Shown: positions 38,610-48,828 of the stretch, piece after piece
How the letters are laid out: every line of letters begins with the position of its first letter
Position numbering within the stretch: position 1 is the stretch's first letter
Source of the DNA: a virus
Strand: one strand, 5' to 3'
Virus record (IMG/VR): IMGVR_UViG_3300050821_005814
Span: 42,806-106,805 of that record
DNA: 64,000 nt
Program-made: the position numbers and the translations under genes
The notes under the pieces: model-generated
Told to the model about the DNA's origin: nothing
The model's input: the letters and a program-made list of their open reading frames with translations, nothing else
Databases searched by the model: none

Positions 38610-38938
38610 TCGCATCTCTTGACGTTCTACGCGCAAGCGGTTGGGCCGTCGCAGTGCACAATGACTATCGCCTCAATGGAAACCGGCATACATTTTGGCT
38701 TCTGACGCACCCATCCGGCCGCTATGTCAAGGGCGAAGGTCCAACTGATGAAGTAGCGCTTGACGAGTGCTTGAAGCAAATAGATCGCTTCAGCTTGGGC
38801 GGTGCGATAGGGCCTTACATGACCCGTCTCAGCGAGAGCAGCGAAACCAAGATAGGTCGTTTAGAGCTTGCGTTTAGTACCTATGAGCAAGCGCGCAAGT
38901 ACTTGGCTTGGATCGAACGTCTCGAGCGGAGGCACTGA
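38606..38938 (+). CDS. Hypothetical protein
   Basis: GWAVAVHNDYRLNG..HTFWLLTH pattern. Confidence 0.55.
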   Translation: MIASLDVLRASGWAVAVHNDYRLNGNRHTFWLLTHPSGRYVKGEGPTDEVALDECLKQIDRFSLGGAIGPYMTRLSESSETKIGRLELAFSTYEQARKYLAWIERLERRH

Positions 38939-38939
38939 C

Positions 38940-39434
38940 ATGAAGCCGCATTGGATTGCGTTTGCCTTAGCTGCGGTTGGCGCTTTTGCATTGCTCTTTC
39001 CCGCGCCACATGAAGACCCTGCGCCTGGTTGGAACCCCCCGCACCCGCTCAACAAGCGGCAGCTAAGCGAGCAGCCGTTCTATCAACCGATTGGTCCCAT
39101 GACCATCCTGCTGCGCATTCAGCCGCGCGATCAGTTCTATAAGCAGAATGGCAGCGCTATCAACGGGTACACGCATTATGCGGAGAAGGGTCATCCGCTT
39201 TGCGAGATCACCATTCCCGATGGATTCATCGTCCGGGGAGTAGCCGAGTTAGGCTTTGCTTCGTTCACTGACTTCCAACTAGCAAAAACGATTGCGCATG
39301 AGATCTTGCACTGCGAAGCTGGAATATGGCACCCTACATGGGACGAGATCAATAAGGACTATGATCAACACTACCACGGTCCGATAACCATTCTAGGCTC
39401 TTGGCCACCTGCTAATCCTGCGGATATGCGCTGA
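38940..39434 (+). CDS. Exported HEXXH (zincin-like) protein
   Basis: Signal or anchor MKPHWIAFALAAVGAFALL; TIAHEILHC. Confidence 0.55.
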   Translation: MKPHWIAFALAAVGAFALLFPAPHEDPAPGWNPPHPLNKRQLSEQPFYQPIGPMTILLRIQPRDQFYKQNGSAINGYTHYAEKGHPLCEITIPDGFIVRGVAELGFASFTDFQLAKTIAHEILHCEAGIWHPTWDEINKDYDQHYHGPITILGSWPPANPADMR

Positions 39435-41335
39435 TGATTCAGCTACTAAGCATTACGCTGAGCGGCTTCAAGAGCTTTCGCAATGAGACGACTGTTCACT
39501 TCCCAAAAACAGCCGGCTTCCGCTTGGTCAGTGGGATTAACGAAACGAATGCGCGACTGGGCGCAAATGGTGCAGGTAAGAGCAGTCTTTTTACCGATGC
39601 TGTCCATTGGTGCCTGTATGGCACATCGATTCGCGGTAAGCGTACGTCAGACCTTGTGTCATGGGGACTCAAGAAAGCGCGCATCGAGACAAGCTGGCTT
39701 GTCGATGGTAAGCTCATGCACGTCTGCCGCATGGGACCGCCTGAACGGCTGACGATCAATGACGAGCCAGTCGAGCAAGCGAATGTCGACGCAATCTTTC
39801 TCCCCGCTGCTAGCTTCCGCCAGGCAATCATCTATGGCCAGACAGTCCCGCTATTCTATGACATGCCGGTCCCACAGCGCGGCATATTGCTGGACGAGGT
39901 CTTGCAGCTTGAGCGCTGGCTGGAGCTGTCTGCACTTGCTGCTAAGAAGGCGCGAGCACTGGAGAATGAAGAAGCAGAGGCTGATCGCGCCATTGCACGG
40001 CTTGAGGGTAAGCTTGATGCGCTGGAAGACGAGGCGCAGCTCCAGGAAGCATTCGATACCTGGGAAGCTGATCATGCGAAGGTTGTCAAGAATGCAATAG
40101 CAGCGCTTGCTGCTAGCGAAGCAAAGCACGATGAAGCGCAGAAGCTGCACAAGCGCCTGCATGCCGCCTATCGCAAAACAAGTGACGTTGCCCCTATCAT
40201 AAAGACCGACGCCATCGAGGACCGCATCCTTGATGCGCGCGTCGCAGTCGGCAAAGCGCAAGAAGCGGCAGACAATGCAGAGCAGCTCGGCGAGTTCTTC
40301 CTGCATCATCGCAACTGCCCGACGTGTGAACAAGAGATTTCGACGACCTTCGCTGACCGCCAGCGCATTAACTATGATGCAGTGCGAGGCGAGGCTCGTG
40401 CGCGCATGGTGACGCTGAATGCGCAGATCACTGCGGACCGCGAGAAGCTTGACGAGATTCGCGTTGGCCGTGCGGCAGCAGAGAAGGCAAACACTGAAGC
40501 ACGCATCAAGCTCGCATCTGCAGCAACGGCTGTCGATCATCTCCTTAGCGTTGTTGAGCAGGATGAACATACTGCGAATGCGCTGATGAAGGAGAGCAAT
40601 CCTTGGGGCACGCGTCTCGATAAGGTGCAGCAGGAACGGCGCGAAACGAAGGAAGCGCTGCGCAAGGCTAACAATGCGTTCCTGCGTTTGCAGTCAGAGC
40701 GCGAACTTATGGAGTACTGGAAGGATGGCTTCAAGCGTGTGCGGCTATTCCAAATCAAGCGCACTCTGGACTTTCTACAACTTGAGGTCGCCAACGCGGC
40801 TAGCGCTTTGGGCTTACTTGGCTGGACCATCGCCTTCTCAACAGAGATCGAGACTAAAAGCGGAAGCATGCGGCCGGGGATTCACATTGAGATTGGAGCC
40901 CCTGAGTCAGCCGCAGGACGCGAATGGTCGCCAGGGGAATTGCAGCGCGTCCGACTAGCTGTGTCGCTCGGTCTCAGCGCCATGATCCAGCGCATGTCGG
41001 GTATAAGCTATGCAATGGAGGTGTTTGATGAGCCGACGAATTGGCTTGCATCAGAGGGTATCGAAGACCTGCTATCGTGCTTGGCGCGCCGCGCTGAGAC
41101 AACCAACAAAAGCGTCTGGCTGATTGACCATCGCGCATTGCAATTCGCTGGGTTTGATCAGGTCTGGACGATTGTGAAGGATGAGGACGGATCGCATGTC
41201 AAAGGAGCTGCCAACGGGGTTCTCGGAGGCATTGCGCGAGCTGAATCACGCAGCCGGGTTGCTAGCAAGCGCATCAACACGGATGACGTCTTGGGCAGTA
41301 GGCGAGGGGTGCGCAAACGGGAGAAGCTCTCCTAA
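39434..41335 (+). CDS. sbcC: SbcC/Rad50-like ATPase
   Basis: GFKSF, NGAGKSS, coiled coil with CPTC hook, SPGE..R, VFDEP, LIDH. Confidence 0.92.
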   Translation: MIQLLSITLSGFKSFRNETTVHFPKTAGFRLVSGINETNARLGANGAGKSSLFTDAVHWCLYGTSIRGKRTSDLVSWGLKKARIETSWLVDGKLMHVCRMGPPERLTINDEPVEQANVDAIFLPAASFRQAIIYGQTVPLFYDMPVPQRGILLDEVLQLERWLELSALAAKKARALENEEAEADRAIARLEGKLDALEDEAQLQEAFDTWEADHAKVVKNAIAALAASEAKHDEAQKLHKRLHAAYRKTSDVAPIIKTDAIEDRILDARVAVGKAQEAADNAEQLGEFFLHHRNCPTCEQEISTTFADRQRINYDAVRGEARARMVTLNAQITADREKLDEIRVGRAAAEKANTEARIKLASAATAVDHLLSVVEQDEHTANALMKESNPWGTRLDKVQQERRETKEALRKANNAFLRLQSERELMEYWKDGFKRVRLFQIKRTLDFLQLEVANAASALGLLGWTIAFSTEIETKSGSMRPGIHIEIGAPESAAGREWSPGELQRVRLAVSLGLSAMIQRMSGISYAMEVFDEPTNWLASEGIEDLLSCLARRAETTNKSVWLIDHRALQFAGFDQVWTIVKDEDGSHVKGAANGVLGGIARAESRSRVASKRINTDDVLGSRRGVRKREKLS

Positions 41336-41406
41336 CTTGACGGAGCTAGCTTATCAATGCGCACTAGACGCAATCGAAATTCTTGCAGCATTTAGGAGCA
41401 CTCTAA

Positions 41407-41865
41407 ATGACCGAGGTACTAGCCACCCGCTACCATGACCTGTCGATTGGTCATCGCGTCGTCGGGCACGAGAACAAATGTCGCATGCTGCATGGTCACA
41501 ACCTACGCATCCACTTTGCGTGCGCAGCCGAGGAGCTTGATGGCGTTGGACGCGTCATTGACTTCAGCGACATCAACAAGCGCCTCTGCATGTGGCTCGA
41601 GGACAACTGGGATCACAAGATGCTGCTATGGGAATCCGATCCCCTCCTTCACGACCTGCGCTATCGAAGGCATGCTTTCTCGGCTGAGGTGTTGGACATA
41701 ATAGACATGTCAATAGTCCCAGTACCGTTCAACCCGACGTCTGAGTTGATTGCGCTGCATCTCCTGCACTTTATCGGCCCCAAGCAATTGCAGGGGACTG
41801 GTGTGCGCTTGGTCAGCGTGCAGGTCGATGAGACGCGGAAGTGCTTTGCCATCGCGCAGGAGTGA
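41407..41865 (+). CDS. queD: 6-carboxy-5,6,7,8-tetrahydropterin synthase
   Basis: GHR...KC..LHGHN, VIDF, WDHK, NPTSE, VDET. Confidence 0.92.
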   Translation: MTEVLATRYHDLSIGHRVVGHENKCRMLHGHNLRIHFACAAEELDGVGRVIDFSDINKRLCMWLEDNWDHKMLLWESDPLLHDLRYRRHAFSAEVLDIIDMSIVPVPFNPTSELIALHLLHFIGPKQLQGTGVRLVSVQVDETRKCFAIAQE

Positions 41866-41868
41866 GCA

Positions 41869-42699
41869 ATGTTTGGGGGCAATAAGCAGCGGACATACCG
41901 CGACTATGCAATGCTCGACAGCGATATGCTGTTCGTCACAAGCGTATTCTACACCTTGCAGGGTGAGGGACCATTTGCGGGACAACCAGCTGTCTTTGTG
42001 CGGCTGACTGGCTGCCATCTCGCATGCTCCTTCTGCGACACATGGTTTGATAGCGGGCATGTGCAGACGTTTCACGAGATCGAGCAGCGCATTGATACGC
42101 TCGCTGAGCAGGCATGGAAGCATGGTGCGCCGATTTGGGGGAAGCAGGGACTGCTTGTCGTTGTGACAGGCGGCGAGCCTATGCTGCAAGCAAACCTTCC
42201 CCGCTTCCTGCAACGGCTGCAAAACCATCGCTGCCGTACGCAAATCGAAACAGCAGGTAGCTTTTGGCTACAAGATATACCGCATCGCACGCACATTGTT
42301 TGCAGTCCGAAAGTCAACGCAGCCACCAAGCAGTACATGGGCGTGAATACCAAACTGCTCGATCGCATCGACTCCCTCAAGTTCATTGTGTCCGCTACTG
42401 AAGCTGGCTACACTGACATTCCGCATTGGGCAATCAACTGGGCCTATCAAGCATCGCCGACCGGTCATCGGCGCGTCTACGTGTCGCCAATGAACTGCTA
42501 TCTGCGGCCGCCGAAGAAGCTTGATGCAGACGCAAGCATTGAGGCGCGCAGTGAGTACGACGAGCGCATCTCCTTCTGGGAAGAGGGATTGCTCGATCGC
42601 GCTGCCAACCAACGCAATCACGAACATGCTGCTGCGCTCGCGCTCAAGTACGGCGCGATCCTGTCGCTGCAACAGCATCTCTACGCGAACCTGCCGTGA
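41869..42699 (+). CDS. queE: 7-carboxy-7-deazaguanine synthase (radical SAM)
   Basis: FYTLQGEG..AG.PAVFVRL.GCHLACSFCDT, VTGGEP, IET, CSPK, SLQQH. Confidence 0.95.
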   Translation: MFGGNKQRTYRDYAMLDSDMLFVTSVFYTLQGEGPFAGQPAVFVRLTGCHLACSFCDTWFDSGHVQTFHEIEQRIDTLAEQAWKHGAPIWGKQGLLVVVTGGEPMLQANLPRFLQRLQNHRCRTQIETAGSFWLQDIPHRTHIVCSPKVNAATKQYMGVNTKLLDRIDSLKFIVSATEAGYTDIPHWAINWAYQASPTGHRRVYVSPMNCYLRPPKKLDADASIEARSEYDERISFWEEGLLDRAANQRNHEHAAALALKYGAILSLQQHLYANLP

Positions 42700-42702
42700 C
42701 GC

Positions 42703-44133
42703 ATGGACGACACCGATCAAGAGGACGAAATCCTCCTCCCCGTCGAATTGGAGGAATCAGTTCTGACGGGACTTGTCTGGAGCGATGAACTAGCACCGCA
42801 GATCATCATCCGCCTAAAAGCTGAAGACTTCTCATCACGCCAGTACCAGCGTGTCGCACGGCAAGCAATCACGCATCTCGAGCGCTACGGCAAAGCGCCC
42901 GGCGCCCATATGCCCGAACTCCTGTCGCGGGACCTGACGCGCGGCAGTGAAGGGCAACTGCTGCGCATGCTGCTGCAAGGCATGGAGCAGGTCGCACCAA
43001 GACTGCAGTCAAGCTTCGTGCTCGAGCACCTGGACGACTTCCTTGAGACGCGCCAGATCCAGAAGGCAATTGAATTAGCTTCTGACGCCTTGCAGCGCGG
43101 GGAGCTCAAGGTCGCTAGGGAAGCGATTCAGCAGCAACAGAGCATCAAGCAGGAGGGTTCGCCGGGCGTCTATCTGCATGAAGCAGACAAGATGCTGTCC
43201 TTTCTCAACCGATCCGCGGACAGCGGCTTTACGAGCGGCGTTGACACTTTGGACCAATTCGGCGCGACACCAGCCCGCAAGACGATGCTACTGTTCCTTG
43301 CTCCGCCGAAGAAAGGTAAGTCATGGTTCGTCGTCAACTGCGGCAAACGCAACCTCATGCATCGCAAGTCTGTGCTGCACATCACGCTCGAGAATAGCTG
43401 GGAGCTGACAGCGCAGCGCTACGCACAGGCGATCAATGCGATGACATCAGACGCTGATGCGACGATACGCGTGACGCGCTTCAAGAAGGACGACCTGCAA
43501 CGGCTCGCGTCCATTGAGCTTGACTCCATTGAGGCCGAAGCGATCTCACGCGGGAACAAGGAGAAGATAGCGCGCAAGTTGAAGGCGTTCGAGCGGCGCC
43601 CCAAACTGCTGATCAAAGAGTTCCCCATGTCGACGCTGACGGTTGGGCAGTTGACAGCCTACCTGGACTACCTCGAACGCGTCGAGAAGTTTAAGCCTGA
43701 CCTGCTACTCATTGACTCTCCCAACCGTATGGCAATGGATTCACGCAACCTGCGTACAGACCTTGCGCAGATCTTTGCGCGGCTGCACGGCGTGGCATCG
43801 TCCCGCAATATGGCGCTAGTATGCGTGCATCATGGGAACAGGGGGTCAGCGACGGCGAAGACAGTGACGAGCACCATGTCATCTGAGGACTACACGGTCA
43901 TTGGCATTGCTGACCTCATCATCACCTACAGTCAGACATCCCGCGAGAAGACAAAGGGGCTTGCGCGGTTGCTTGTCGATGGTGCGCGTAATGCGCGGGA
44001 CAACTTTTCGGTCATGATCACGCAAGCCTATGACATCGGGCAGTTCTGCCTCGACAGTGTCTACTTTAGCAAGTTCGCGGCTGAAGAGAATTCGCGTATG
44101 ACAGGGGAGAAGGAAGATGACGGAAAAAGCTAA
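42703..44133 (+). CDS. dnaB: Replicative DnaB-like helicase
   Basis: APPKKGKS Walker A, HITLE, LLLIDS, ADLII. Confidence 0.85.
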   Translation: MDDTDQEDEILLPVELEESVLTGLVWSDELAPQIIIRLKAEDFSSRQYQRVARQAITHLERYGKAPGAHMPELLSRDLTRGSEGQLLRMLLQGMEQVAPRLQSSFVLEHLDDFLETRQIQKAIELASDALQRGELKVAREAIQQQQSIKQEGSPGVYLHEADKMLSFLNRSADSGFTSGVDTLDQFGATPARKTMLLFLAPPKKGKSWFVVNCGKRNLMHRKSVLHITLENSWELTAQRYAQAINAMTSDADATIRVTRFKKDDLQRLASIELDSIEAEAISRGNKEKIARKLKAFERRPKLLIKEFPMSTLTVGQLTAYLDYLERVEKFKPDLLLIDSPNRMAMDSRNLRTDLAQIFARLHGVASSRNMALVCVHHGNRGSATAKTVTSTMSSEDYTVIGIADLIITYSQTSREKTKGLARLLVDGARNARDNFSVMITQAYDIGQFCLDSVYFSKFAAEENSRMTGEKEDDGKS

Positions 44134-44503
44134 CTGGCTCTATCGTTGCTACCACTGTGATCAAGTCTTCAAACGCGAGGCAGCAGCCATCCACTTCGGC
44201 ATGCATGAGCTTGACGCGCCTGCATGCAAGCTTGCTGCTGATCTGCCTGGCCTCATAGAGCTACTGCGCAGTAAGGATGCAGAGCTTGCGCAAATGCGGC
44301 GGGAGGACAGTCCAACGCATCGACAGTTCTATGAGCTAGGCTCCCAGTACACGCGCGATGTGACTGCTGCGCAGGAACAAGGTTACAACAAAGCGCTGCG
44401 CGATCTCGAGAACGGCGACCTTGAGAAAGCGCATGCAGCGCGCGTGCTCCCAGGCATCATCAAGGCGCTGACCAGCAATGCCGATCTCCAAGAAAGCGAT
44501 TGA
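44117..44503 (+). CDS. Hypothetical Zn-finger/coiled-coil protein
   Basis: RCYHC..F....AA.HFG...PAC. Confidence 0.55.
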   Translation: MTEKANWLYRCYHCDQVFKREAAAIHFGMHELDAPACKLAADLPGLIELLRSKDAELAQMRREDSPTHRQFYELGSQYTRDVTAAQEQGYNKALRDLENGDLEKAHAARVLPGIIKALTSNADLQESD

Positions 44504-46157
44504 GGCGTTCCTAACGAAGCCGCTGCCTCATCTGCCCAAATTCAAAGGCGCGGACGAGGCAGCGCTTATGCGCCTGATCTACGACTCGACAGGACAACCC
44601 TACGCACCAATCACAACCCCCCGCAAGCATCAGCTTGATGGCGTTGCATTTGCGCTGTATCAGCGCCGCGCTGTGCTGCAATACGACCCTCGGTTGGGCA
44701 AGACAAAGATGGCGCTCGACTGGGCTATGCACCTGCGCAAAGCCAATCTCTGGCGGGCAGGCAAGAAGGGGCTTGTCATCGCGCATTCGCCTGTCGGGTT
44801 GTCAGTATGGAAGCATGAGATCGCGAAGCACTCCAATCTATCAGCATGCTATGTGCAGAACGATGTGCAAGAGTTCATCGACGCGCTAGCAACGGATGTC
44901 GACCTCATCGTGCTACCTTGGTCTGGCTTGCAGGCAATCTTCTCCGAGAAACGCCTAGCGCAGCGGGGACGACGCGCGGGGAAGCCTAAACTTTACCCCT
45001 TCTATGCAGCGCTGCACATTGCGGCGGAGGAGTTCGGGCTCGTCATTGCGGACGAGATCCACATGTGCAACAACCATATGTCGCTGCGTTTCAAGATCGC
45101 TGCCAAGATCATTGAGGGGTGCCGCTTTCGCTTGGGACTGACTGGCACACCAATCGGCCGCAACAAGCTTGCGATATGGCCGTCCAGCTATCTCCTAGAT
45201 GAAGGAGCAGCGCTCAGCGCAAGCTACCCATTTTTCGAGGCTGCTTTCAGCGCGCGCAAGAAGAACTGGTTCGGGCGGCACAAAGGGCTGTTCAAAAACG
45301 AGAAGACTGGCGTTGAGACCTGGGCCAACTACGACTACGTGTTTGACAATGACAAGCTACCGCTCCTGCAGGCGAAGCTTGCCACCCTAGCGATCAGCTA
45401 CAAGCTGAAGGAGGTACGCGCTGTTGATGTGCGGCCTGATGTCATCGAGCTGACCATGTCGCTTGAACAGGCGGAGGCGTACAACGAGGTCGTGCAGCGT
45501 GCACGCATGATTCACAGCGGAGATGTGCATGAGATTCAGAACTCGTTTGTGCGCTTGCGGCAGATCTCGTCGGGGTTCATACCCTTCACGGACAGCGATG
45601 GTAAGCAGCATATGCGGCAGTTCACGCACCCGTCGAAGGTTGAGTGGCTGTCGGACTTGCTCGAGAAGATAGACCCTGACTTAGCGCTCATCATCTTTCA
45701 TGAGTTCACGGAGTCAGGGGACCGCATATGCGGACTGCTCGAGGCTGCTAAGATCAAGCATGCATGGTTCTACGGCGGCACAAAGGACAAGGACGCGATT
45801 GGCAAGTTTCAGCGCGGCGACATCAACGTGCTTGTCGCTAACACGGCGAAAGGCGGCATGTCAATTGACTTACATCGCGCTGACTACATGTTGTTTTATG
45901 AGAGTCCCGTCAGTCCCATCACACGCACGCAAGCCGAGGCGCGTCCGCTAGCTGAGCAGCGCGGCAAGCGTCCTCTGATTATTGACGACCTCGTCTGTTC
46001 ACCAATCGAACGCAGAGTGCGTGAGCTCGTACGTGAAGGTAAGAACGCGCTCAAAGCATTGACGAGTGCACCGCGCAGTTGGGAGATGCTTGACCTGCAT
46101 GCATTAGGCAAAAAGAAACCCCCAGGCCGTAAAGCCCAGGGGCGCTTGCCGCTTTAG
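44478..46157 (+). CDS. SNF2-like SF2 helicase
   Basis: RLGKT, ADEIH, LTGTP, RLRQI, QAEAR. Confidence 0.9.
   Translation: MPISKKAIEAFLTKPLPHLPKFKGADEAALMRLIYDSTGQPYAPITTPRKHQLDGVAFALYQRRAVLQYDPRLGKTKMALDWAMHLRKANLWRAGKKGLVIAHSPVGLSVWKHEIAKHSNLSACYVQNDVQEFIDALATDVDLIVLPWSGLQAIFSEKRLAQRGRRAGKPKLYPFYAALHIAAEEFGLVIADEIHMCNNHMSLRFKIAAKIIEGCRFRLGLTGTPIGRNKLAIWPSSYLLDEGAALSASYPFFEAAFSARKKNWFGRHKGLFKNEKTGVETWANYDYVFDNDKLPLLQAKLATLAISYKLKEVRAVDVRPDVIELTMSLEQAEAYNEVVQRARMIHSGDVHEIQNSFVRLRQISSGFIPFTDSDGKQHMRQFTHPSKVEWLSDLLEKIDPDLALIIFHEFTESGDRICGLLEAAKIKHAWFYGGTKDKDAIGKFQRGDINVLVANTAKGGMSIDLHRADYMLFYESPVSPITRTQAEARPLAEQRGKRPLIIDDLVCSPIERRVRELVREGKNALKALTSAPRSWEMLDLHALGKKKPPGRKAQGRLPL
46111..46147 (-). 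terminator. Rho-independent terminator for the minus-strand gene 46154-46360
   Basis: ccccaggc/gcccagggg stem; aaaagaaa on + gives a U-tract on -. Confidence 0.6.
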
Positions 46158-46360
46158 CCGTAGATCGCTACCGCTATCTCGTCCGTGAGCAACATCTCTT
46201 CTTGCTGCGCAGAAGCGGGTACGCGCTGCTGAAGCAATGCTAGGACTGCGTTTGCATTGTTGATGTTGCCAACGTCGACCATTGCCTCATATGCAGCAAT
46301 CAACGCGTAGCGTGGCTGATCGTTCTCGTCGCGCGCAGGCGCGAACTCTGCAACTTGCAT
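46154..46360 (-). CDS. Hypothetical protein, divergent from the array
   Basis: AGGAG RBS before MQVAEF. Confidence 0.6.
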   Translation of the reverse strand: MQVAEFAPARDENDQPRYALIAAYEAMVDVGNINNANAVLALLQQRVPASAQQEEMLLTDEIAVAIYG

Positions 46361-46620
46361 AGCTGATTCTCCTGACAAAGAGCGGGGACACGACATTGCG
46401 TCCAACAGCATGCTAGCAGTCCCGCAGCAGCGTAGCGTTGCTCATTGCGCATCGCTGAAAAATTGGTCTGTAATAGCTGCCCTAATAGGCATATGCACGG
46501 GCATATGCAGGGAAATTGCGCTGCGCAAAACTGTGGGGGGTTTGGCTAGTTTTAGCTAGCGCAACGCTGCGAGCCAAAAGTGCGCCGTTCCGCCTAGGCG
46601 GAAGCGCAATGACCCCCTAC

Positions 46621-46633
46621 TAACCCCTTGAAA
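46621..46633 (+). promoter_or_regulatory. IHF-binding-site-like motif
   Basis: TAACCCCTTGAAA vs consensus YAANNNNTTGATW (1 mismatch), in an AT-richer non-coding stretch. Confidence 0.35.
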
Positions 46634-47170
46634 TCGTAGTGGGTTTTTATCTAGTAGTCAGATCTGCGCGCAGATAGTATATTTATGTCAATCCCCTAGC
46701 TAAATAACAGCCTAAAGAGGGGGAATGAGGCAGCGCTAGCTGCTCGCGGGGTCCGACCCCCCGCCCCCATTCCCAGCGGTCAACGGACTAGCTAAGCGCT
46801 GCTTAGCTGCTCCCCACCAGGACCCCTTAGCGCAGCGCAGCGCGGGATTGGGGAATGGGTGACGGAGTACCTGACGAGGACCTCTTGCTTCGGTGCGCTG
46901 ACGTCTGCACCAGCAACGGGACCAGCCGGACCGCCGTGACAGACATGAGTCGGCAGCGTGCAGTATCCTAGTAGCTTCTAGGCAACGAAATGCATGCGAC
47001 GGTGCGCATAGCGCAGCGCGAGTCCCCTTAGCTAGCAGCAATGCAGCGGGAGTGGGGTAGCGCTAAGCGCGGGACTACGCGCCTTAGCATAGCAGGACGG
47101 ACCACACGCTCGGTTTGGGACTCATGCTGGGTGCAAACATAAAGTTCTCTCTCATTGTTCTACTGATGAA

Positions 47171-47244
47171 AGCGTCAATGCTTTTGCATATGCCTCTAGC
47201 GCCGCAGCGCGGGATTAGGCGATATATGCAATTGCATTGACGCT
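47171..47244 (+). other. Long imperfect hairpin in the array leader
   Basis: agcgtcaatgc/gcattgacgct, ttgcatat/atatgcaa, gcct/aggc. Confidence 0.7.
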
Positions 47245-47304
47245 ATGCAGCTATAGCACCTTACGCTGCACTGATGATTCCTGGTGCACAATGGGAGAAC
47301 AAAT

Positions 47305-47646
47305 ATGCTCAAAGCGAAGCGCGTGACGATCGAACGTGACCATCGCGCTAACGGCTACATTGCTGGCTGGAACGGCCGCGTCCCAGGCGACGATCACCCG
47401 GAGTATTTGGAGGGACACAAGCAAGGCGTTGCAGCAGCGAAAAGAGCAAATGACGTCGAAACGTTCGCTGCGCGTACGAGAAAGCATCATAAGGACGTGC
47501 GTGCTGCTGCTAAAGCGCTACGCGACGCTGCGCCTGACCTTGCTAATGCTTTACGACTCGCAAGGGAATTGGCATGCACAGCTGGCGGCTTGCGGCACGA
47601 CCAAATTGACTCATTGCTCGCGCATATGATTCTATACGGCTACTAA
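47305..47646 (+). CDS. Array gene, hypothetical
   Basis: CAATGGGAGAAC-aaat-ATG. Confidence 0.7.
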   Translation: MLKAKRVTIERDHRANGYIAGWNGRVPGDDHPEYLEGHKQGVAAAKRANDVETFAARTRKHHKDVRAAAKALRDAAPDLANALRLARELACTAGGLRHDQIDSLLAHMILYGY

Positions 47647-47715
47647 CGCGTACAGATGCAGCGCATTGCGCTGCATTTGCCTGCGCTAGTGCAGGATACA
47701 ATGGGAGAACAAAAT

Positions 47716-48240
47716 ATGGCTTACAAAGCACGGAAGCTTACGCGCGCTGAGATGACTGCAAAGGAGAACGCAGCGCTTGCAGAGGCGGGTATGGCTATTG
47801 ACGCTGCGAACAGCAACCCAGACACGACGAACGTTCAACGCTATCAGCTCGCGTCGCGCATCCTTTGGATCCAAGGGGCGCACAAGTATGTGTTCCCTAG
47901 CCAACTGATGCTTAGTGCTGCGCATGCGGACAAAGCGAAGTACCAAGCCGACTTTGACGTATATGCTCATGCCGAGGGCGTCAAGCATGCGCGGTCTTAT
48001 GCGCTGGGCGGTGCAAATAGGTATCTCGAGAAAATGAAGAAGCATGCCGAGCGATTGATCGAAGACCTCAACCGCTATCAAGTGCAGCTCAACGCAGACA
48101 ACAACGATAACGTCGACCGGTCCGATCGCTTCGGCTGGGCGGTCAATGAGATCGAAAACTTCTGCCGCAACGTTGGCTACAGCGAAGCAACGCGCATTTG
48201 CGCTACGCTTGCAAAGGCTTTTGACCGCAAAGACGACTAA
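47716..48240 (+). CDS. Array gene, hypothetical
   Basis: Start after the conserved RBS. Confidence 0.75.
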   Translation: MAYKARKLTRAEMTAKENAALAEAGMAIDAANSNPDTTNVQRYQLASRILWIQGAHKYVFPSQLMLSAAHADKAKYQADFDVYAHAEGVKHARSYALGGANRYLEKMKKHAERLIEDLNRYQVQLNADNNDNVDRSDRFGWAVNEIENFCRNVGYSEATRICATLAKAFDRKDD

Positions 48241-48308
48241 CGCGTATGGATGCAGCGTTCGCTCACGCTGCATTCACCTGCGCTAGTGCAGGCAATGGGA
48301 GAACTCAA

Positions 48309-48539
48309 ATGGTTGAAGTTGAAATGATCGGCCGCGCACTCAAGCTTGGCGACAAGCTGAGCAATGGGGCGGTCGTCATGGCATATCGCGACGTAAGCTT
48401 TGATCGGCGCATAGTGCTCGCGCTGTTCCGTCGCACTGAGTATGTCACGTGGCGGCTTGACTATGACAACAACCCCTGGGGCGGACACTACTTCGAGGGC
48501 GACCTCGTCGCCGCTGCCATGGACTTTCTCAGCCGCTGA
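48309..48539 (+). CDS. Array gene, hypothetical (YVTW...WGGHYF)
   Basis: Start after the conserved RBS. Confidence 0.7.
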   Translation: MVEVEMIGRALKLGDKLSNGAVVMAYRDVSFDRRIVLALFRRTEYVTWRLDYDNNPWGGHYFEGDLVAAAMDFLSR

Positions 48540-48552
48540 AGGAGTATGCGCT

Positions 48553-48828
48553 ATGGTTGGAACACGCTTTGAAATCACGGATCTCGACCTTGGCGAGGCT
48601 GCTTACTTCGAGCTCGCGTGCAAGACGCATATGCAGCGCAGCACGTTCGGCACAAGGGAAGCGCTCGTCGCGCTGATCGCTATTGCGCAAGGTAAGCAAG
48701 TCTCCGACGCCGTCCGCAACGATGCGATCAATGCCGCTAGTGCGGTCATCGTACAAAAAGGTTGCGAGGAGATGGGTGAGGGGTTGTCCTACCTGACGGA
48801 CAACATCGACGTCATAATTTACGGCTGA
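48553..48828 (+). CDS. Array gene, second in its unit, hypothetical
   Basis: AAGGAG RBS; stop forms the start of an element. Confidence 0.65.
   Translation: MVGTRFEITDLDLGEAAYFELACKTHMQRSTFGTREALVALIAIAQGKQVSDAVRNDAINAASAVIVQKGCEEMGEGLSYLTDNIDVIIYG

Noticed and set aside
46871-47277. Hammerhead ribozyme suggested by CTGATGA/CTGACGA at 46871, 47163 and 47271 (also 12006)
   Set aside because: No properly placed GAAA and stem III after the following helix
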